From assembly GCF_009914755.1 (NCBI RefSeq), contig NC_060939.1: a DNA stretch of 64,000 bases; one strand, written 5' to 3'. This document shows positions 11,734-27,029 of this stretch, in pieces (positions within the stretch are counted from its first letter, which is position 1; the number at the start of each line of letters is the position of its first letter). The DNA comes from the human T2T-CHM13v2.0 reference genome, Homo sapiens. The translations under genes and the position numbers were made by a program. The notes beneath the pieces are model-generated. The model was not told the origin of the DNA. It made no database searches and was given only the letters and a program-made list of their open reading frames with translations.

Positions 11734-13251
11734 TGAGAGGTGACAGCCTGCTGGCAGCCCTGGCTCGCTCTCGGGCCTCCCCTGCCTTGGCTCCCACTTT
11801 GGCGGCACTTGAGGAGCCCTTCAGCCCGCCACTGCATGGTGGGAGCCCCTTCCTGGGCTGGCCGAGGCCAGAGCCGGCTCCCTCAGCTTGCGGGGAGGTG
11901 TGGAGGGAGAGGCGCAGGCAGGAACCGGGGCTGCGCGCGGCGCTTGTGGGCCAGCGCGAGTTCCGGGTGGGCATGGTCCGCAGGCCCAGCACTGGGAGCG
12001 GCCAGCGGGCCCCGCCAGCCCCCCGCAAGTGAGGGGCTTAGCACCTGGGCCAGCAGCTGCTGTGCTCGACTTCTCGCCAGGCCTTAGCTGCCTCCCCGCA
12101 GGGCAGGGATCTGGACCTGCAGCCCTCCATGCCTGAGCCTCCCCCCACCGCCCCGCTATGGGCTCCTGTGCGGCCGGAGCCTCCAGGACGAGCGCCACCC
12201 CCTGCTCCATGGCACCCAGTCCCATCGACCACCCAAGGGCTGAGGAGTGCCTGCGCACGGCGCGGGACTGGCAGGCAGCTCCACCTGCGGCCCCCGTGCG
12301 GGATCCACTGGGTGAAGCCAGCTGGGCTCCTAAGTCTGGTGGGGACTTGGAGAATCTTTATGTCTAGCTAAGGGATTGTAAATACACCAATCAGCACCCT
12401 GTCTCTAGCTCAAGGTTTGTAAACACACCAATCAGCACGCTGTGTCTAGCTCAGGGTTTGTGAATGCACCAATGGGCACTCTGTATCTAGTTACTCTGGT
12501 GGGGGCTTGGAGAACCTTTATGTCTAGCTAAGGGATTGTGAATGCACCAATCGGCACTCTGTATCTAGCTCAAGGTTTGTAAATGCACCAATCAGCACTC
12601 TGTGTCTAGCTCAGGGTTTGTAAATACACCAATCCACACTCTGTATCTAGCTAATCTAGTGGGGACATAGAGAACTTTTGTGTCTAGCTCAGGGATTGTA
12701 AACACACCAATCAGCACCCTGTCAAAACGGACCAATCAGCTCTCTGTAAAATGGACCAATCAGCAGGATGTGGGTAGGGCCAGGTAAGAGAATAAAAGCA
12801 GGCTGCCCCCCCCCCCCCCCCCCCCCCTCCAGCCAGCAGTGGCAAATGATGCTTAGATTCCCTTTGACGTTGTGGGGGTTTGTTTTTTTTGGTCTTTGAA
12901 ATAAATCTTGTTACCGCTTGCTTTTTCAGTTCACGGTGACTTTATGAGCTGTAAGGCTCACGGCGAAGGTCTGCAGCTTCACTTCGGAAGCCAGCGAGAC
13001 CACCAACCCCCCTGGAGAAAGGAACAAGTCCAGAAGCACCACCTTAAGAGCTGTAGCACTCACGGCAAATGTCTGCAGCTTCATTCCTGAGCCAGCAAGA
13101 CCACGAACCCCCCAGAAAGAACAAACGCCCACCACCAGAAGGAACAAACTCTGGACACGCCGCGAGGCGTGTAACTGTAACACACACCGCGAGGGTCTGT
13201 GGCTTTATTCTTTAAGTCAGTGAGACCAAGAACCCACCATTTCTGGACACA
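11734..13251 (+). mobile_element. Solo LTR12-family (ERV9) LTR, likely LTR12C-like
   Basis: Begins TGAGAGGTGACAGC and ends GGACACA. CpG-rich U3, tandem ~41-bp CCAAT-containing enhancer repeats (~12350-12770), AATAAAA TATA-like box at 12791, U5 repeats. Subfamily not verified. Confidence 0.92.
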
Positions 13252-13454
13252 ATGCCAATGAAAATTCTGAATTAGGCTTCAGTTTACCATCTACAAAATG
13301 AGACAGGACAGGAGTGGGTAGGAAGAGGAGCTTGGCTTTGTTAGTTTAAAGTGGGCTGGTCTGATTGTGTAACGCGGGCTTTTGTTGGCTCCAGCCAACT
13401 CCCCAGGCAGGGCTTCACTTGCTCTGAATGTCTTTTGGCCAAGTCCATGGCTGT

Positions 13455-13545
13455 CGAGGGTTGGGGTGGGGTGGGGAGGCGGCGTGGAGGATAGTGGGGT
13501 GGGGGTGGAGGAGGGTGGGGGTAGAGGGGGGTGGGGGTGGTGGAG
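13455..13545 (+). repeat. G-rich low-complexity tract (many G3-G6 runs; G-quadruplex potential)
   Basis: ggggtggggtggggagg...ggggtgggggtggaggagggtgggggtagaggggggtggggg. Confidence 0.7.
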
Positions 13546-14199
13546 AAGCAGTTCCCCCATGTAACCTGCAGGTGGCACCAGAGCAGCGCAGGATCGTGGG
13601 TTCCGCTCCAGCCTTCCAGGAGACCCAGGCAGGGCGTGGTAGGGCGAGGCAGAGGTGGTGCAGAGCGCTCAGCTGCGCAGCAGCACGAGCGTGACTACAG
13701 ATCAGGCCGCACCGTTTAAAATGGATACATGGGTCTTCTGGCTAACTTCCTGTCTTTGGTAGGGTGATCATATGCTTTATCATCCAAATCCAGACACTTA
13801 AGAGAGTGAAAGGGGCACTATAATAATTGCACGAGGACAGCAGACATAACTTTAGCTGTACCTTGCAAACCAGAACATATGGTCACCCTACCCTCCGGTC
13901 ACTTTTTCTTCTTTGTTTCCATTCTTTTAATTTTTTTCCCTTTTAAACACACAGCATTATCTTTCCCTGAGCACCATTGTCTTTGCAAATGCTCTTGCAA
14001 TCGGGATATTTTTGACCTGGCAACATGCATATTCAGTCTGAACAGTCTCTCTGAACCTACCCCAAAACCTGGTTTTAGCTTCCAGGCAGAAGACTCTGTT
14101 CCCTGGCTTGCAACCCCCATGACTCAAGAATGAAAGATGTCAGAAGATGTCACAGGTGGGACAGTGGCTCTTATCTCAATTTTGGTGCCTCTTTGCTAA

Positions 14200-14510
<311 letters not shown>

Positions 14511-15128
14511 CTATTCCTGTAATTTTGTTCTGAGTGCTCATTTCCTTTGTCTCTTTTAATTTACGTATATTGGTTTATTGAATTGCAAGTAGACAAGTCC
14601 CATTAAGCAGGATTCTTGTATTTCCAAGATCATCTCATTACTCCATTCAACCCCAAATTAGCATGCCATTTATCCCCTTGTTTCTGAACCCTCTTCACTT
14701 AATAGTCTTGAAAACATCCATCCATTGCAAAAAGGACTCGAACTGTTTTCACTTCCATTTTTAGTTGATTCATTGATATCCAAGTAATGATTTGTCTAGG
14801 GGAGTCATTAGTAGAGAACTGTGCCGTTAAATTTAGTTTTATAGTTGGATTCTGCTAGTTAATATCTCTCTCTTGTCATTCTCACATTGCAACAAATGAC
14901 TATGGTTCCTGTCTTAACCTAAAATCCAGGTTAGAAATTTGGTTTTATCTGAATAAGATATTAATAGATAATGTGAGAAAAATAATTTACTGAAACTTTT
15001 CTCAGCTAAGAATGACACTCGTCGTCATTAAGCAAGTGGAAAATTGGGCTATAAATATATAAACTCTTAAAATATTATGTTTAGAGACAAGGTATTCCTT
15101 TTTTTTTTTTTTTTTTAGTAAAGCATAT

Positions 15129-15869
<741 letters not shown>

Positions 15870-15879
15870 TCAACTCAAT

Positions 15880-16180
15880 AGTATTTACATATGTGCACAC
15901 TCATGTAACCAACACTCAGCTCAAGATACAGGATGTTCCCATCAGCACAGAGGGCTCCCTCTTGCCCCTTCTCAGTTGCTGTCCCCTCACAGTTAACCAG
16001 GATCCTGACCTCTGTCACCATGGATTAGTTTTGCCTGTTCTTGAACTTCATATAAATGGGATCATTCAGTATGTGCGCGTTTGTGGCTGGCTTCTTTCAT
16101 TCAACAGAATCCTGTGAGATTTAGCCACGTTTTGGGTACTGGTAGCTGTTTATTTTTCTGGTTGTGTAGTTTTCCATATT
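15880..16180 (-). mobile_element. Old L1M 3'-end fragment
   Basis: ttagttttgcctgttcttgaacttcatataaatgg..cagtatgt..tggcttctttcattcaac is typical of L1M 3' ends. Confidence 0.65.
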
Positions 16181-16509
16181 TCATTTATTACCCTTCTATT
16201 TTTGTCTCTAACTCAGTGTCTTTTGGGGCCTATTGGTCCTTTTTAGCTAGATTGATACTAAGCGTCTTCTTATCAGTGGAGCTTAGGACATTTTAGAAGA
16301 TGAAAGCCTAATAACCCCAAGCCCCCCAATCTTAAGCCAAGTTTCCTCCTCACGCCTGCTTCAGTTGCTCTTCTTCATGTGGTATTTTTTCCCTCACAAA
16401 ACTGATGGAAATTAAGAAACCCAAAAGCTCTTCATCATGTTATCAGCTTAGGGACGCTTGTCATCTGAATAACAGGGTAGATATTTATCATCTGAAATGT
16501 TAAAATAAC

Positions 16510-16740
16510 TAGAGCAAACACTTATATAGCACTGACTGCTGTTCACAGTGCTTTACATATATTATTTTCCTCAAAACAGCTCTGTGAAATAGACACTATT
16601 ATTGTCATTCCCACATTTTAGATGGGGAAATGGAGGCACAGAGAGACCATGTAACCTTGCCAAGGTGGTAGGGCCAGGACTTGAACCTGTTTTCTGGTTT
16701 TAGAGCCTGCACCCTTCACCACCACACCATATTGTGTAGC
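16510..16740. mobile_element. MIR SINE
   Basis: Core cccacattttagatggggaaatggaggcacagaga..aaccttgccaagg..ggacttgaacc. Confidence 0.7.
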
Positions 16741-17495
16741 ATGATACTTCATGTGGTTAAAGTGTTTTCTTCTATTTACCTGGGAGCATTTTCTGAATAA
16801 TTTGAATCTTATAAATTTGCTTCAAAGAATACAAGTAAATCAAAATGGAAGATCTGATACAGAATGTGTAGCATTCATGAATAAATTATAGGACTCTCTG
16901 GTTTTAAATAATAATCATTTGCTTCCCTTGTGACTTTTGTCAGGCAGGGCTGTAATGCGCTCACCTCATTTTCCTTCTCTTCAATGGGAGGAGATGGGCT
17001 CAGAGACAGGCACAATTTATCGTAAAATCTGATCACACTTTCCCTCACCATCTGGAAGCTGGAGGTAGGTTTGTGAAATCTTAATTGAGAAAGAGTTGAA
17101 TGCTGCTTGTAGCATAGTGAGTTTAAAAAAGGTGGTTTTTCTCCCCAATTCTGTTGCACAGGGCCCTGTGAGTTTTGGCAATTAACATATGTGGCCAACA
17201 GTTTTCTCACAAAGATTATCAGGGTTCTAGAGGAAATTATCTTCCAGTTTTAATCTGCTGCTTAAGTGCTATATTTCTTTATAGATGAACTAATTAATTC
17301 TTGGTCACTTGTTTTTATTAGACATTTCTCTGCCTCTGTACGCTGTGCTTTGTCTCTTTATGCCCAGCCCCGGGTTTTATCTTCTAACTGCAAGAAAAAG
17401 GTCATTGAAATTTTCTCTCTCTCTCAAACTCCTGGGTTCAAGTGATCTTCCCCTGTCTGCCTCCTGAGTAGCTGGCATTACAGGTGTACACCACT

Positions 17496-17497
<2 letters not shown>

Positions 17498-17530
<33 letters not shown>

Positions 17531-17646
17531 TGCATATACACACACAGACATCCAAATGTATACACACAGAGACATACACATATCCACACATACTCATTAG
17601 ATATACATTTACACAAACACACACGTGCACACACACATATACACAC
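17498..17646. repeat. (CA)n microsatellite followed by degenerate CA/TA repeat; preceded by an Alu fragment (~17425-17495, -)
   Basis: Seen directly. Confidence 0.9.
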
Positions 17647-17839
17647 CTTGTTTCCATCATCTTCTCAGGACTCGGGGCTCTCAGAGAGTGGAAAGAGTCT
17701 CATACCATGAGTCCAGGATCAACTGTGCAACCTTGCCCAAGCATCTTCCCTCTTGAGATCTTGTTTATAATAATAAACATCCTTACCCACCAATTAGGGT
17801 TATTTTGAAGATAGAAAGGATAACAGGGTGATGGCATGT

Positions 17840-18420
17840 TGTATAGTTTCAAATAAAAGTTAACATTGACCAAAAAAGAGGTCTGGCCTTTGTCCTAGAC
17901 TCCTGGGACGTAACTGTCAACATGTAATACCTGATAGGAATATGTTTGCGTGGGGATCTTAACTCATGATGGCTGGTCTAATAATAATAGTTAGGGTGGG
18001 GACTAGCCAGGCCAGGAAAAGCAACTAAGTGATTTAGAGTCTGGGCTTTAGGTCATCCCTGGAAGGACAGGAGACTGGAAACTGAGAGCAGCCACATGGA
18101 CAATCAAGCATGCCTCTGTGATGAAGTTCCAGTAAAAACCCTGAACACTGAGGCTTGAGGGAGCCTCACTGGCTGGGAATACTCCATGTGTATTGGCACA
18201 TAGCAAAGCTGGGAAGGCAGTGCACTCTGACTGCATGGGGAAGGGATAATGGACACTCTGTGCATGGTACCCTCCTGGACTCAGCCCTATGCCTGGTGCC
18301 CTCCTGGACTCAGCCCTATGCCTTTCTTCCCCTGGCTGATTTTAATCTGTATCCTTTCCATGTAATCAAACCACAGCTATAAGTATAATAGATCTCTGTG
18401 AGTTGTAGCCAGTTCTTAGA
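17840..18420. mobile_element. Probable MER21-like ERV LTR fossil
   Basis: gaggtctggcctttgtcc..ctcctggga..caatcaagcatgcct..gctgattttaatctgtatccttt..taatcaaacca, recalled as MER21-group motifs. Confidence 0.5.
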
Positions 18421-19289
18421 GGTAACCAAGCAGAGTTGATCTACTGCCTGCTTGAAAAAGCTATTTAAAAATCCCTAAACCAAAGAAGACCAGATCCCTC
18501 ATGAATCTGACCCAGGAGGTTTTGAAGCCAAAGCTGAGGGCATTTGAAGCCAAAGCCTGGCTAGACAGAGATAAGGCTCCTGGGAGGGAACAGGTGCAGT
18601 CCTGCTCAGGCTGCAGTGTCCCCGGGCTACAGCTGGACAAGGGCTCCCTCTGGGTCACAGCCTCTAGGGACAGAGTTTGGGGCAGGTCGACTGATGTGTA
18701 GGACTCTGGTGATGAACTCAACTGGGAAACTCTGTGGTAATGGGAAGAGAATGGTTTTGCTTTTCCAAATCATCTACCCGCTGCATGCTTGGATCCACAT
18801 GGGAACTCAGTGTGGAAACTACATTTGAACAGCCTAAGCCTGAACTCTGGGCCATGTGTCCAGTTTCCTGGCCTCCAGCTTTGTTCACCCCTTATCCCCA
18901 CCCATCACTGATGCCAGATCCATCCTCCCAAATGTCCTTTCATCATGTTACCCTCCTCACCACCTCATGGCATCTTCTACACAACAGGAAATGCCTCCCA
19001 CCTCAGCCTGGCATTCAAGGTTCTTTTGATGTGGCCGCCTCTCACCACCGCACCACATCTCCCTGTGGGCCCTGCCAACTTGGATCAATTTTTCCTATCC
19101 ATGAGCTGAACTTTCCCACCTCCATACTGTTGCTTACACTGTGACCTTCCTGTGCGTGTTCTTTTCCTCCCTCTTCCCAAGTCCAAATGCTATAGACTGA
19201 ATTGTGTCTCCCAAAAGTTCATACTTGGAGCCCTAACCCACTATATGATTGTATTTGGAAACAGGGCTCTTAGGAGGTAAAGTTAAGTG

Positions 19290-20365
19290 AGGGAGGAGGG
19301 GCAGAGCAAGATGGCTGAACAGTAGTCTCTACCAATCATTCCCCCTGTGAGGTGGCTGGCTTCAGGTGAGACCCAGCACATTCCCAGCTATGGTGGCTGT
19401 GGTGAGAGATTTCTTCTGCTTGAGAAAAGCAGAGGGAAAGGTAAAAGGGACTTTGTTTTGCAGCTTAGGTACCTGTCTGGCCACAATGGGGTAGAAAGCA
19501 CCAAATGGGCTCTTGTGGTCACTGATTCTAGGCCTTGGCTCTTAGACAGCATTTCTGGACCTGCCCTGAGACAGAGGGGAGCCCACTGCCCTGAAGGGTG
19601 AGCCCCAGGCCTGGAAGTGGGCTTAAGAGCCCATGGGCCCTAAGAGAACATCGACAGTAGCCTGGCAGCACTCCCTGTGCACCTGTGGTGGTGGCCACAG
19701 GGTGAGGCTCCTCTGCCTGTGGAAAGGGAAAGGCAGAGTGGGAAGGACTTTGTCTCATGGTTTCAGTGTCAGCTCAGCCACCTTAGAATAAAGCACCAGG
19801 TAAATTTCTAAGGTTTTTGACCCCAGACAGCATCTCTGGACCCGCCAGGGCCTGAGGAAACTCGTTGCCCTGAAGAGAAAGACAAGCCTGGCTGGCTTTG
19901 CCACATGCTGACGGTAGAGCCCCAGGGCCTCGAGTGAACATAGACGATAGCCAGGTAGTGTTGACAGTGGGCCCTGAGTGAGACCCAGTGCTTTGCTGGC
20001 TTTAGGTCTGACCCAGTGCAGTCCCAGTGGTGGTGGCCATAGGGATGTTGTGTCAGCTCACCCCCAGCTCCAAGTGGCTCAGCAGAGAGAGAGGGAGGGA
20101 GGAAGACAGAGAGAGAGACAGAGACAGAGACTGTTTTTGGAGAGAAACTACAGGTAAAGAATAAGAGTCTCTATTGCCTGGTAGCCCAGAGAATTCTTCC
20201 AGATCTTATCCGAGACTACCAAGGCAGTTCCTCTATGAGTCTGCAAGAACCATAGCATAACTGGGCTTGGAGTGTATCTAATAAAGATACAGTTGAGATC
20301 ACAACACCCACATCCTTTCAAATACCTGGAAAGCCTTCCCAAGGGTGGGTACAAACAAGCCCAGG
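19290..20365 (+). mobile_element. Old primate L1 5' UTR fragment, adjoining an MLT1 5' fragment (~19187-19290)
   Basis: ggggcagagcaagatggctgaa start; repeated gagacccag/ccctgaaggg modules; ends aaagccttcccaag..ggtacaaacaagcccag. Confidence 0.7.
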
Positions 20366-20557
20366 CTGAGAAGATGGTGGCAGCTTGAAATCAGCCATGG
20401 AAGATTTGCACCATGGAAATGGCAAACACTACAGAACAGACTTCTGTTCCCTCCCCGACAGAGAGCCCCTTGTGTAACAACAGCACTCCACTGCCCCATC
20501 CCTGAGCAGAGCGCTGTGTGTTGCAGCAGAGTGGGGGCAGGTGTCTTCTCCCTTGGG

Positions 20558-21642
20558 CTACAGAATACACATTTGTTTTCCCTCAGCACATGGATCATTC
20601 TCAAGGATAGACCATATCTTAGGTCACACAACATGTCTTAAAACATTAGAAAAAAATGAAATAATATCAAATATCTTCTCTGATCACAATGGAATAAAAC
20701 TAGAAGTTAGTAACAGGAGAAATGTTGGAAACTATACAACCACATGGAGATGAAATAATATGCTCTGGAATGACCAGTGGGTCAATGAAGAAATTAAGAA
20801 GGAAATTGAAACATTTCTTAAATGATAATGGAAACACAACATGCCAGAACCTATGGGATACGACAAAAGCAGTACTAAGAGGGAACTTTATGGCTATAAA
20901 CACCTACTTTTAAAAAGTTGAAAAGCATCAAATAAACAACTTAACAATGCACCTTAAAGAAATAGAAAAGCAAGAACAAAGCAAACGCAAAATTACTAGA
21001 AGAAAAGAAATAATAAAGATCAGAGCAGAAATAAATGAAATTGAAATGAAGAAAAAGCATCAATGAAAAGAATAGTTGGGTTTTGGAAGAGATAAATAAT
21101 GTTGACAAACTTTTAGCCTAAGTAAGACTAAGACAAAAAGAAGACACAAGTGAATAAAATCTAAGATGAATAAGGAAAATTACAACTGATACCGCAAAAA
21201 TTCACAGGCTCACTAGTGGCTGTTATAAGCAATGTATGCAAAGAAATAGGAAAACCTACTAAAAATGGATACATTTCTAGACACATCCAGCCTGCCAAGA
21301 TTGAACCGTGATGAAATCCAAAACCTGAACAGACCAATAAGAAATCATGACATCAAAGCGGTAATAAAAAGTCTCCCTGCGAAGAAAAGCCTGGGACCTG
21401 GTGCTTCACTGCTGAATTCTACCAAACATTAAAAGAAGAACTCATACCAACCTTACCCAAACTATTCCAAAACTAGAGGCCTTACCCAACTATTCCAAAC
21501 TCATTCTACAAGGCTAGTATTACCCTGATACCAAAACCAAAGATACATCCAAAACAGAGAACTACAGGCCAATATCACTGATGAATATTGATGCAAAAAT
21601 CCTCCACAAAATATTAGCAAATTGAATTCATCAACACATTAA
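20558..21642 (+). mobile_element. L1 ORF2 fragment (end of endonuclease to start of RT), disrupted
   Basis: Translates to SAHGSFSRIDHILGH, SDHNGIKLE, NLWDTTKAVLRG and ends near [14 protein letters not shown]; multiple frameshifts. Confidence 0.9.
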
Positions 21643-22129
21643 AGTTGGGGTGCAGTGTCCCAGCTTCACTCAACCCTTCCCCTTTTCCTGTGATCCCAGG
21701 TGGCTGTGATCCCAGGTGGCAGCGGTGGCGGCAATGTTGGGGTGTGGGCCTCCCAGGACAAGGGGAATGTGAGTGTGCCCTTCTCTTGCCTCCTGCCAGG
21801 CGTCTGTAACCTGGCACCAGCTCTGGCCAGGTCTTCAAGTAAGGGACCTGGAGATGTTCTTTTCCAATTTCTGGATTGGGAAATGGAGACAAATTCTGGG
21901 TACTAGAGTCAGAACTAAGATGAGGCTGAATCGGGAGAGTCTGGGGTCCTGAGAGGCCGAGACCTGAAACCCTCTAGATCGTGTGGGGAGCTGGGTGTGT
22001 GATCTGGCCAGTTGTTTCTCCCTGTGCCTCAATGTTCCAGGTACCCTTGGAGGGACTGAGATCCTGGGGATGCCTGGAGCCTGGCTGCATGGCCTGGCCG
22101 CCCTGATGCCCTCGTGCTCTCCATGGCAG

Positions 22130-24900
<2,771 letters not shown>

Positions 24901-26391
24901 AAGACGAAGGTCTCCCCTGACACTGCCCCTCCAAAGTGTGCCACCTCCAGTGAGCCTCCCTGTCATGTCCGGCCTGTGGACAGCCAGCCCCCGCCATCCC
25001 TCCCACCCCCCACCAAGAATGGGGGTGCTGTGCAGGCAGCTGTGTGGCCTGACAGTCTCTACCAGTCCTGCTGTCCCTCGGCTGAGAATCAAACCCATTT
25101 CTGGATGATGGGGAATGTGTCCTCTGCTAGCTGTGTTCTCTGTGGAGTGCAGGGGAGGGAAAAGGCCAAGCCATTTCTAGGGTGCTGTTGGGAGGAGTGA
25201 AAAGGCCACACACCCTTTCCAAGGGACACTTTTCCTGGAAAGCCCCTGGAGCTTAGCTGGCTTTTATCCTGCGAAGCCGGCTCTGGCCACTAGGGGGCAG
25301 GGCCATGAACTCAGCCTGGAGGAGCCTGCGGGGCAGCCAGCACTAACAGGCCACCAGGTACACTGGAGGGACAGACAGAACAGGCCACCGGGTGCAGACA
25401 GGCGAGGGAGGCAGGGGGATGGAACGGAAGATGCCTGGGGTGGAAGTCAGTGCCCTTGGGTGCTGGTATTTGTCTTCCCGGCCACTGCTACATCAGGCTT
25501 CTGAGGCTGTTGGCTGTCAGGGCGGGACTGTGCCCTATAGGCGCCATGGCAGTCCCTGTGAAATCCACCAGGTGTCACCAGGCAGCATACAGGTAACAGG
25601 CCTGGAAGGTCCCCAAGAGCCCAGCTGGACATGCTCAGACACTCTAGGGCTCCTCGTTCAGTGGCACAAACTCCAGGACCCAGTGAGGGACACGGGAATC
25701 CACCAGGCTGAGCAGTATGGCTAAATCCATTTACTCCAAAATGAAAAGCAAAATAAACGGGAGTCACATCACCAGGGAGCCACAACCCCATCCCCGCCTC
25801 CTTCCTCTGTCCTATGCTATCAATAAATAAGTTTCCCAGCCACAAATAGTGATTAGAACCTCCTCCTCATATGCCAGCTCCAACCTCCTCTAGGTACAAT
25901 ACAGGGGGTGGCCCTACCCCCTGGAATATACAAAATGTCACACAGATACTATATGTACACTGCGGAAGGGGGTCCACCCCAGCAGCCTGTGCCCTCACCT
26001 GCTCTACAGTTAGCCCCACTGTCCCGCCTCAGCTGCCTCTCTGAATAAGAAGATGGGAGCCCCCTGAGGGAAAAGTTGCTTCGGTGAGAGTAGGGAGGCC
26101 ATGAGGCCTCCTCCAAACAAACCAGCTCTACCAGCCTCTGGCTCTTAAATAATAATCATCATCATCCAGAAATTTAAGGACTCAGCCCTGGTCAAGGTGG
26201 CAAAGGGTCTGTTTTTCTCCCCCCATTAGACAGGGGTCTTGTCTTGCTACCCTAATGGTAAAGGGGTGACTGGGAGGGGGTGGTAGGAGCATGGTAGGGA
26301 CAGAGACTCCAGCCCCACTTCTCCAGGCTTATGCTGACAGGGGCCTGCTTTTATTTATTTTTATCCCATGACTTATTTTTTAATCCCATAA

Positions 26392-26732
<341 letters not shown>

Positions 26733-27029
26733 CTTTTTTTAAGCTTTTCATAAAACTTTTACGTTTTTTCCACAACTTTTTTTGCCACAACCTTTCCACA
26801 ACATTTTTTATCCTGTAACTTTTTCATCCCACAACCTTTTTTATCCCATAACTTTGGTTTGTGTTCTTCAAATAAACACACTTCATGGTTACATTAAAAT
26901 TTTATAAAAATAAAAACCGATTATCTCATGCCAAGCGTGCCCAGCATTTGCACAGTCTCAATACCTTTAACACCACAGTTTTCAAGACACACAAAATTTT
27001 AAGGCAAAAACAGCACTTTGCAACAATTT

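Noticed and set aside
11660-12371. Cluster of overlapping ORFs
   Set aside because: Arise from the CpG-rich LTR12 U3 region.
12350-12770. Regularly spaced repeats resembling a CRISPR array
   Set aside because: LTR12 enhancer repeats; no unique spacers, no cas genes, human context.
18271-18322. Short direct repeat cctcctggactcagccctatgcct x2
   Set aside because: Local slippage duplication inside an old LTR fossil; no functional cue.
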